A model generated the notes under the pieces. The model saw only the letters and a list, made by a program, of their open reading frames with translations. It made no database searches and was not told the DNA's origin. From Candidatus Poseidoniaceae archaeon (GTDB lineage Archaea; Thermoplasmatota; Poseidoniia; Poseidoniales; Poseidoniaceae), in contig CALSTM010000002.1 of assembly GCA_943789275.1 (NCBI GenBank), positions 270,001 through 302,000 of the forward strand: a stretch of DNA of 32,000 bases, read 5' to 3'. A program made the translations under genes and the position numbers. Shown here one piece after another: positions 25,315-32,000 of the stretch. The first letter of the stretch is position 1; every line of letters begins with the position of its first letter.

Positions 25315-26466
25315 TCAAAACAACCACATTGGTTTATCACATTCCATGGCTCTCTTTATGCCGCCAATAGGACCGAGAATTCTCAGCAATGTTTCAGTAA
25401 CAAGATCACCTTTGAAAAACGCGTAACCCATATTTTTAGAACGCAATGAATTCTTCAACGCACGGCCCATTGAAGCCCGAACACGAACTTCATATTCGTC
25501 GAGAGAAGTGCCGTGCTGTAAATGGTCAACTATTGCCTCAGCAGCAAAGCAGCCCGAAATGATCGCTTGAGAGATTCCACCGCCGTTACTTGGCATAACC
25601 AGACCAGCAGCATCTCCAACAGCCAAGGTCGTACCGTCAACCATCGATTTAACAGGACCTCCCATTGGAATCCATCCGCCGCCCCACGAGAGGATTTCGA
25701 GATTGAGGGAATCGCAAAATTCAGTCAAATGTTCTTTCAAGTTTCCTTTCAAGTAACCTGCTCGTACTCCGAGCCCCACGTTTGCAGTATCCGGCCCTTT
25801 TGGAATAATCCATGCATAACCTGATGGAGCAACAGAACCGAGGAATACATCGAACGTTTCAGGCACTTCACCTTGAACTTGAGCATATACTGTTGGGACT
25901 TGGTCTTTTGGTCTATAGCGTTCATCTTCGCCATGTCGTAGGCGTCCAACATGAGCCAAAGAGCCGCTGGCGTCGATGAGATAGTCGAAAGAGTAGCGGT
26001 TCTTGTTTGTCACCAAAAGGTCACGGTTCAGTTTTGACTGATGTTGTATACGCGTCATTGCTTCACCGGTGTGCACTTCGGCTCCGGCTTGGATGGCTTT
26101 GTCACAAAGGAAGCCGTCAAAATGCAAACGATGACCTGCAAAAGCATCAAGGTCGAAATGGTATGCTTTTCCAGAGGGTAAGAACACACGCATGTTATCC
26201 AAGTGATGCAATCTAAGGCGGTCAGGGAATTCGAAGTAATCCTTCAACCATTGATGGTCATCAAGGTTTGAGAAAGTGCCAACAACTTCACCCCAATTCG
26301 GGATACATTCACCGCACTGAGCTGGGTTTCCAACAATCTCGCGCCGTTCGATGATGAGAACATCAATGCCTTCTTCAGCCAAACGTTGAGCACAGGCAGA
26401 GCCTGCAGGTCCAGCTCCTATGACAATGACTTGCCGATGCTGAACCTCTTTTCGCCCCATACTCAT
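25315..26466 (-). CDS. Geranylgeranyl reductase family FAD-dependent oxidoreductase (archaeal lipid saturation)
   Basis: 'VIVIGAGPAGSACAQRLAEEGIDVLIIERRE' is the dinucleotide-binding fold. 'VGDAAGLVMPSNGGGISQAI' is the GDAAG motif. The length (383 aa) is typical. It starts 3 nt downstream of the polyprenyl synthase gene. Confidence 0.85.
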   Translation of the reverse strand: MSMGRKEVQHRQVIVIGAGPAGSACAQRLAEEGIDVLIIERREIVGNPAQCGECIPNWGEVVGTFSNLDDHQWLKDYFEFPDRLRLHHLDNMRVFLPSGKAYHFDLDAFAGHRLHFDGFLCDKAIQAGAEVHTGEAMTRIQHQSKLNRDLLVTNKNRYSFDYLIDASGSLAHVGRLRHGEDERYRPKDQVPTVYAQVQGEVPETFDVFLGSVAPSGYAWIIPKGPDTANVGLGVRAGYLKGNLKEHLTEFCDSLNLEILSWGGGWIPMGGPVKSMVDGTTLAVGDAAGLVMPSNGGGISQAIISGCFAAEAIVDHLQHGTSLDEYEVRVRASMGRALKNSLRSKNMGYAFFKGDLVTETLLRILGPIGGIKRAMECDKPMWLF

Positions 26467-26469
26467 CCC

Positions 26470-27453
26470 TCAAAGGTGTCGATTCATGACGTAATCCGTA
26501 ATATGCAGCATCAGTGATTTTGCATCGCTATCCGGGAATGAATCCAGTTCGTTTAGAGCGCGTTCAAGATGAGTGCGAACCAATATATCGGCATATTGCA
26601 AACTTTGTGAGTAATTGAGTAACGACATCAATTCATCGAACAGTCCATCATGAAAATTCTCGATGATGTGAGCAAGACGGAGACGTTCTTCACCGTGTGA
26701 AAGAGTCAATGCGTGAATCAATGGCAGCGTCATTTTACCTTCAATGACGTCTGCTCCACGTGGTTTACCCATTCGTTCATCACCGCGTAAATCAAGTAAA
26801 TCGTCAACAAGTTGGAAAGCAATACCCAGTTCCATGCCGAACCGTTGCAATGCTGATGCTTGCTCATCGCTCAAGCCTGCAACCAAACCTGCAGCATGAC
26901 ATCCTGCTGAAAATGGACCTGCTGTTTTTCCTCGAACGATGCCGAGGTAATCTTCTGGAGAGGTGGCAAGGTTGAGTACATGGTCAAGTTGATCGAATTC
27001 GGAAACAGCGATGTTAGCACAACACTGCGCCATGATTCGCACAATGTGTTCTTCATAGATTCCACCGAGCCCGAAGCCTTGAACAAACAACCAATCTCCG
27101 GCAATAACTGCTTTCGGAATTCCAACACGGGTGTGAATCGTATCGACTCCTCGCCGTTGAGAGGCCTCGTCGTTAATGTCGTCGTGGACTAGCGTTGCTG
27201 TATGGATTAGTTCGAATGCCAGAGCCAGAGGGATAATGTCGTCATCGCTAGAGCCTCCAGCGATTTCATGTGCGAGTAGAATAAGCAAAGGTCTGAGACG
27301 TTTACCCCCGGCTAAAAGAACGGTTCCACACAATTCGGCAACCTGCCCAGCACCGTTTTCAACCTCTGATTCAATCAAGGCTTCAAGCTCTGCATCAACC
27401 AAAAGCCGCATGGCCTCAAGGCGGTCACTCGCCTGTAACTGAATGCTCGACAC
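26470..27453 (-). CDS. idsA: Polyprenyl (geranylgeranyl) diphosphate synthase
   Basis: First Asp-rich motif 'LVHDDINDEASQRRG', second Asp-rich motif 'FQLVDDLLD', and 'GKRLRPLL' near the N-terminus. The start codon is GTG at 27451-27453. Confidence 0.85.
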   Translation of the reverse strand: MSSIQLQASDRLEAMRLLVDAELEALIESEVENGAGQVAELCGTVLLAGGKRLRPLLILLAHEIAGGSSDDDIIPLALAFELIHTATLVHDDINDEASQRRGVDTIHTRVGIPKAVIAGDWLFVQGFGLGGIYEEHIVRIMAQCCANIAVSEFDQLDHVLNLATSPEDYLGIVRGKTAGPFSAGCHAAGLVAGLSDEQASALQRFGMELGIAFQLVDDLLDLRGDERMGKPRGADVIEGKMTLPLIHALTLSHGEERLRLAHIIENFHDGLFDELMSLLNYSQSLQYADILVRTHLERALNELDSFPDSDAKSLMLHITDYVMNRHL

Positions 27454-27535
27454 ATATCATCCTACAGGGGTGTCCTTCTTAACCCGTAGTCTCCGCCCTT
27501 GTAATGTGAGGAGTCATCCTCGCCGAGGTGATTTT

Positions 27536-28642
27536 GTGACAGAAAAGGTCCGACTTGAGGTCTTAACCACTGCATCTCAACGTGACGGTGTGCGCTTACA
27601 AATCGAACGCTGCATCGAACAAAATCGGAATCAATTTGATTTCAAACTTAGTCAAATACCACACATTGAGGCTGCAATTGCAGCACTCAAGCAAGGCACT
27701 GGAGACCTGGTGGCCATGAGTGCTCTAAACTGGAGAGAGTACGATGTCGAGGGCTTGACCGTTGTCGGTATTCTGCCCAGAAGAGAACCTACATGGGTAC
27801 TCGTATCAGACGACAAACCGGAATACCTCGTTTCAAAGGCACTTGTAATCTGCGACAACGAATTGTTACGCAGACAAATGCGACGTTTACGCTCCGACCT
27901 AAAATTGGCCACATCAGAGGAGTTTGCTGCCATGATCGGCAAGTCAGAGGTTTTTGCAAACCTCGATGAAGAAGATAAAATCCACTGGATTGAAGAATGC
28001 CGTCAAGATGAACTTCTTGAAGGATACATTGTGGCACGTGGAGAGCATGCTGCACTCAAATTCAAGGCTCGACGCCACACACTCGGTTTGCAAAGAGAAA
28101 ACCCCGAACGAACGCATTTCGTCCCACCGCCGTTGTACGGTTTCACCTTGCTCGTTGCTCGCACGGGATTCCCTGCAGCCACTGTCGCTCCAATGATTGA
28201 TTCTGGTGCAATCCTATCGCATAGAATTGAAGCGGCCTTACTGGATTCACTTCCAGAACACCTTCACGGAATTATTGGTATTTTTGTGGAACAACGCAAA
28301 TTCAAAACCGTCCTCAAAGAAGCACAACGACGGGGTGATGATTTTACGAACGAGGTATTCCTCAATTCTGAACGGGCAAAGTCGCAGTCAGGACCATCCA
28401 AATGGAAACAATCCGTGCCTCGTAAGGAAGTTCCAACTACGCCTCGGATTGAGATGAAAGTGGAGACTTTGAATTATGAAGGTACGGTTTCTGCAAGTGT
28501 AGAACGCATTTGCACGATTGAAGAAAGCCATATGGGAATGGTCAATGTCTTGAAAGAATTTAACTGCTCCTTGAAAACATGCAATCTGAGCATGAAGAAA
28601 TGCTTCGTAAATTCCCTGGACTTCCAGATGAGTTTAGCCTAG
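27536..28642 (+). CDS. Hypothetical protein with a divergent hydroxymethylbilane synthase (HemC)-like fold; catalytic residues not conserved
   Basis: It is collinear by eye with HemC. 'VVGILPRREPTWVLVSDD' matches 'REDPRDALVS', 'ELLRRQMRRL' matches 'SSLRRxAQL', and 'TLLVARTGFPAA...SHRIEAALLDSL' matches 'iaie.r.d...aERaflr.L'. I chose the GTG at 27536 because GAGGTGA lies 4 nt upstream. The track start at 27443 overlaps idsA. Confidence 0.45.
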   Translation: MTEKVRLEVLTTASQRDGVRLQIERCIEQNRNQFDFKLSQIPHIEAAIAALKQGTGDLVAMSALNWREYDVEGLTVVGILPRREPTWVLVSDDKPEYLVSKALVICDNELLRRQMRRLRSDLKLATSEEFAAMIGKSEVFANLDEEDKIHWIEECRQDELLEGYIVARGEHAALKFKARRHTLGLQRENPERTHFVPPPLYGFTLLVARTGFPAATVAPMIDSGAILSHRIEAALLDSLPEHLHGIIGIFVEQRKFKTVLKEAQRRGDDFTNEVFLNSERAKSQSGPSKWKQSVPRKEVPTTPRIEMKVETLNYEGTVSASVERICTIEESHMGMVNVLKEFNCSLKTCNLSMKKCFVNSLDFQMSLA

Positions 28643-28673
28643 CAAGGCCTGCATTGTTAAACCTTGAAACCAT

Positions 28674-29255
28674 TCAAGCATCTTCATCTGAGGAAGAATG
28701 AGAAGATTGTTCAAGCAAAGGGGCGTATCCTTGCTTGACGATGAACTCTTCAAGTTCAACCAAATCTGCCGGCTCATTTTCATCGCATAATTCAAGAATT
28801 GATTCATCGATCTCTCTGCCGTTCCGCTCCCATGTGCCAGCGGAGCGTTGTAAGTCAGATGCAAATTTTTCAACCACTTCAACGGCAGTCAAATTGAGGT
28901 TGAGTACCGTATGCAGTGAATCGACAATCTTGTTGTTGGCTTCTCGCAAGCGTAGAATCCGGTCCGCCATTTCCAGCAAAAAATTTCTCAATTCTTCGAC
29001 GTCGTTCGAACGTGAAAAACGGCGTTGTGCTCGCTCAAAATCCTTCCGCATAACGCTGATTCCTGCGACAATTGCCAGTTTGGCTTTGGTTGCGTCGAGA
29101 ATAGTTTCTTCTGATTCTTTCACTCGCGAGTAAATCATATCTTCGAAGCCGTGGTAGTGCTTTTTCAAGTCAGTCCAAACCAGTTCTTTTAGTGAATCAA
29201 CAAGCGAATTCGCCTCTTTGAGACCCTGCTTGGTCGCCTTGACGGTCCTCGCCAT
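28674..29255 (-). CDS. Hypothetical alpha-helical / coiled-coil protein with an acidic C-terminus
   Basis: The track ORF of 203 aa starts at a TTG (29285). The first ATG is at 29255 ('MARTVKATKQGLKEANSLVDSLKEL'). Heptad-like helical sequence runs throughout, and the tail reads 'SSHSSSDEDA'. I recognised no family. Confidence 0.5.
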   Translation of the reverse strand: MARTVKATKQGLKEANSLVDSLKELVWTDLKKHYHGFEDMIYSRVKESEETILDATKAKLAIVAGISVMRKDFERAQRRFSRSNDVEELRNFLLEMADRILRLREANNKIVDSLHTVLNLNLTAVEVVEKFASDLQRSAGTWERNGREIDESILELCDENEPADLVELEEFIVKQGYAPLLEQSSHSSSDEDA

Positions 29256-29418
29256 AGTATCTATCGAACTGTCACAGTTCTTCAAACCATTCCCAGTGCG
29301 CTACCGTAGACTCTACGATGGAGCGCAGTAAAGTGTCGAAGAACAGCCCTCTTGGGTGCAACTTCACAGCGAAAACACATATACCCCTTAGAACGGAATG
29401 TAACCAGTAGGTGGAAGT

Positions 29419-31200
29419 GTGTCAGCGAAAAGTGAACTCTTGAACGAACTTTACCAAGCTCGTTTTGATGGTCTCAAAGAACTCGCTGTCACCTACCAAC
29501 TTCCGAAAAATGGTTCTGTAGAGACGCTGCGTGCTCGCTTAATCCAACACCTCATTCTTGAAAACTGGGACCTTTCACCAGATGGAATAAAGAAACTGAT
29601 GAATTCAGAAATTGGTGAAATCCTGGGCGTTTTCGGAATCAAAAAATCAGGCTCAGTTCGTGCACGTCGCCAACGGCTCTATCTTCACCTTAATCACGAC
29701 CCAAAGCAATTTGTTCCTGAATCGCTTGACTCCATGACGCGAGACCAGTTGCATGAACTTTGCAAGACTTTGGAACTTCCACTCTCTGGAAACAAGCAAA
29801 CATTGTTGGTCCGAGTTGCTGGTGTACTCGCCTACCAACAAGGTGGTTGGGGTAAAGTCAAGAAGAGTCTACGAAGACCAAAAAGTGGAGACGCCACTAT
29901 CGATATCCCGATTCCGAGTGATGACTCAAACAATGAGGCGCCTGTTCAAGAGAACGTAGGCGAACATGAGGCAGTCATCGAAAAAGTCGAAACGTTCGTT
30001 TCTGAACATCCGGAAGGATGGACTTTTGAGCAAGAAACGGAAATGAGAACAGAACTTGCCGAAAAGGGCATCCCAATATCACGAGCGCCTCTTGCTGCCT
30101 CAATCGACGATGCTCTACGAGCAGGACAGAATGAAACGTCTACTGAGACACCACCCGCAATGGTCCAAAGCGCTCACGTGGTAGAAGCAGACGACCACAG
30201 CTTAGAAACTGAAGCCTTACTGCTCGAATTAAACGCAAGGTCTGCTGAAATCGAAGCTGCTGGGCGTGACTACTTAGCAGTGAGCACAACCAGTGAAGTT
30301 GACGACCTTGAAGCATTTATCGGTAGCCTATCGAGCCATGGATTTGCAGTTGAAAGCCCAGCAGTAAGGGACAGTATTCGAAATACACTGATGGAACTTG
30401 AATTCCGTTCTCAAACTGAAAAAGATGCCGTCTTTTCAATGCCGAACTCATGGAGAGAAAGGGAAGCACTAAGGAACTTTGAACTCGGACGAGATGTCCT
30501 TCGTGACCAATTGAACAACACACTTGCCTCTTCAAGCGGAGACTTGGTCAAAGCAAGGATGGCCTTTGAGCAAATTGGCCATAACATGGGATTAGATTTA
30601 CGCATACCAAGCGTCTCAGGACGGCTCCACGCACTGTTTGACTTGCATGTGGAAATACATCAGGCTGAGGCATTGCAAGACCCTTCGATCGCCCGAAGAA
30701 ACAGAATATTGCGGGTGTTGCAACATGGCGCAGTCCACTTTACCGATGGTGAGCGCAGAACAATCGACCGACTGGAACGTAATATCGCCGGATTCGAGGA
30801 ATTGGTTGAAACGGTTCTTGAGTCGAGTGAAGGGACATTCTCCGAACCACAACAAGCGTTGGTCATTCGTTTCCTTGAGAACCGAGGCTATGAAGTCAAC
30901 ACTGCTGACCTACGCCCTCGAATCCTTGCATGTGCTGGCATAATTGGTGCTGAATTAGGATTCATATCTCCTGCCGAAATCCCTCGCATCGCACCTGGCG
31001 TGATGATTTCCGACACGCAAGTCGATGCCATTGTCACAGAGTTGAAAGCATTAGCTGAAGCATTCAAACCGAAGTCCGATGAGCCTGCTGATGTAGAAGA
31101 GATACTAGCAGAATCTGTGAGTGATGCCTCGGAACGAGTCAATTCGGCTCGAGGGAAAATCGATGCAATCGATGAATTACTGGCTCGCCTTCGTGGCTAG
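29419..31200 (+). CDS. Hypothetical protein with three N-terminal SAP/HeH-like DNA-binding motifs and a long helical C-terminal region
   Basis: GTG start preceded by AGGTGGA. The SAP-like units are 'LKELAVTYQLPKNGSVETLRARLIQHL', 'IGEILGVFGIKKSGSVRARRQRLYLHL' and 'LHELCKTLELPLSGNKQTLLVRVAGVL'. The remaining ~430 aa are acidic and helical with no motif I recognise. Confidence 0.6.
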   Translation: MSAKSELLNELYQARFDGLKELAVTYQLPKNGSVETLRARLIQHLILENWDLSPDGIKKLMNSEIGEILGVFGIKKSGSVRARRQRLYLHLNHDPKQFVPESLDSMTRDQLHELCKTLELPLSGNKQTLLVRVAGVLAYQQGGWGKVKKSLRRPKSGDATIDIPIPSDDSNNEAPVQENVGEHEAVIEKVETFVSEHPEGWTFEQETEMRTELAEKGIPISRAPLAASIDDALRAGQNETSTETPPAMVQSAHVVEADDHSLETEALLLELNARSAEIEAAGRDYLAVSTTSEVDDLEAFIGSLSSHGFAVESPAVRDSIRNTLMELEFRSQTEKDAVFSMPNSWREREALRNFELGRDVLRDQLNNTLASSSGDLVKARMAFEQIGHNMGLDLRIPSVSGRLHALFDLHVEIHQAEALQDPSIARRNRILRVLQHGAVHFTDGERRTIDRLERNIAGFEELVETVLESSEGTFSEPQQALVIRFLENRGYEVNTADLRPRILACAGIIGAELGFISPAEIPRIAPGVMISDTQVDAIVTELKALAEAFKPKSDEPADVEEILAESVSDASERVNSARGKIDAIDELLARLRG

Positions 31201-31202
31201 TC

Positions 31203-32000
31203 TCAGCGTGATGCGTAGAAGTTTTGGATAACTTGCGTTACGGTCTGAATATCGTTAATATCTCGGCGTGCTAAATCTTCAATGATTGCTTGACGTTGTG
31301 AAACGTGCCGTTCAAAGACATCGGGAGAGACACCAGCTGCGGTGCAAATAATCTCACGAAGTTTCGAAGGAATGCCAGTCTCTTCGATTTGGTCGGTTGC
31401 TGCATTGTACTTCCAAATTATGTTCAATCGGGGCTTATCGCCTTCCATTCCTGCGATTTCAGCAACTTCAGTGATCTTACGAGCAGTCTTACCGTTGACG
31501 TGTAACCTTGCTTGGATGATAATCAAGTCCAGCCCACTCAGCATGATCGGTGGCACAAGCATTGGGGGGTTAATCATACGAGTTACGGTTTCTTGAGCCG
31601 TGTTTGCGTGAAGTGAGCCAAAAGAACCGTCGTGACCGGTATTCATTGCAGTGAGCAATGTAGCCGCTTCAGGACCACGAACTTCACCGACAATGATGCG
31701 GTCAGGTCGCATACGAAGGCTGGATTTGAGGCAGTCGTTCATGTCAACTTCCGGCGTTCCATCCGGACGTTCCCGCCGTGTTTCCATTCGCAACCAATGG
31801 TCATGGTAAACTTGCAATTCAGCAGTGTCTTCTACGGTAAGCAATCGACGGTGCCATGGGATGTACATACCAAGGCAATTGAGTGTAGTGGTTTTACCAG
31901 AACCTGTACCTCCAGCAATAACAAAGTTTGCTGGCCGGCTATCAAGTCCTTCAATCCAAACCCACATCATTGCAGCAAGTCGGGAGTTAACGGTGCCGAA
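31203..32000 (-). CDS. Type II/IV secretion-system family ATPase (ArlI/PilB/VirB11-like), 5'-truncated by the window edge
   Basis: Walker A 'IAGGTGSGKTTTLN', Asp box 'LLTVEDTAEL', Walker B 'RPDRIIVGEVRGPEA' and His box 'MNTGHDGSFGSLHAN'. The reading frame stays open from 31970 to position 32000, so the N-terminus lies outside the window. Confidence 0.85.
   Translation of the reverse strand, partial: FGTVNSRLAAMMWVWIEGLDSRPANFVIAGGTGSGKTTTLNCLGMYIPWHRRLLTVEDTAELQVYHDHWLRMETRRERPDGTPEVDMNDCLKSSLRMRPDRIIVGEVRGPEAATLLTAMNTGHDGSFGSLHANTAQETVTRMINPPMLVPPIMLSGLDLIIIQARLHVNGKTARKITEVAEIAGMEGDKPRLNIIWKYNAATDQIEETGIPSKLREIICTAAGVSPDVFERHVSQRQAIIEDLARRDINDIQTVTQVIQNFYASR

Noticed and set aside
25287-29333. 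A shared 8-mer CTTTACTG (minus strand) upstream of both the pilin gene (25287-25294) and the coiled-coil gene (29326-29333), considered as a common regulatory motif. An imperfect palindrome at 29298-29326 was also noted.
   Set aside because: Two occurrences of an 8-mer at different distances from uncertain start codons are within chance expectation. The palindrome has bulges and no support from a second copy.
1-32000. Mobile elements, prophage remnants, toxin-antitoxin pairs, CRISPR arrays or long direct/inverted repeats.
   Set aside because: Reading the translations and spacers showed no transposase, integrase or reverse-transcriptase motifs, no repeat arrays and no small paired ORFs typical of TA modules. 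A computational self-dot-plot was not possible here and would be the decisive check.

Overview
This window is a densely packed archaeal chromosomal segment. By inspection, almost every gap between genes is under 120 nt, and several genes overlap. The archaeal assignment rests on eL37, eL42 (L44e), eS27, aIF2-alpha, Nop10, a PAC2-like chaperone, ABCE1, uL16 (L10e), a GGPP synthase plus geranylgeranyl reductase lipid pair, an archaeal class-III-signal pilin and an ArlI/PilB-type ATPase. Housekeeping metabolism (purF, aroA, moaA, an MBL hydrolase) is mixed in, along with a bacterial-type mutS-mutL pair and one tRNA-Ser(CGA). I saw no CRISPR array, transposase, integrase or rRNA gene, so this is core genome rather than a defence or mobile island. 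The best candidate for an undescribed system is a pair of tandem paralogous genes (9983-11824 and 11873-13645, minus strand). Each encodes a Cas4/RecB/AddB-type Fe-S PD-(D/E)XK nuclease fused to two RPA-like OB folds, and the pair starts 3 nt after the ABCE1 stop. There is no helicase and no cas or CRISPR context nearby. Other points worth a second look:
- A ThiS/MoaD/SAMP-like ubiquitin-fold gene ending in Gly-Gly, hidden inside a spurious long ORF of the supplied track.
- A protein with three SAP-like motifs next to a coiled-coil protein and a secretion/pilus ATPase.
- Motif-degenerate ThiI-like and HemC-like proteins.
- An eL42 that has lost three of its four zinc cysteines.
- Three convergent gene pairs sharing a GGTTAA overlapping-stop junction.
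- A Shine-Dalgarno sequence locked in a hairpin between rps27e and aIF2-alpha.
All calls come from reading motifs in the translations. No database search or computation was run.
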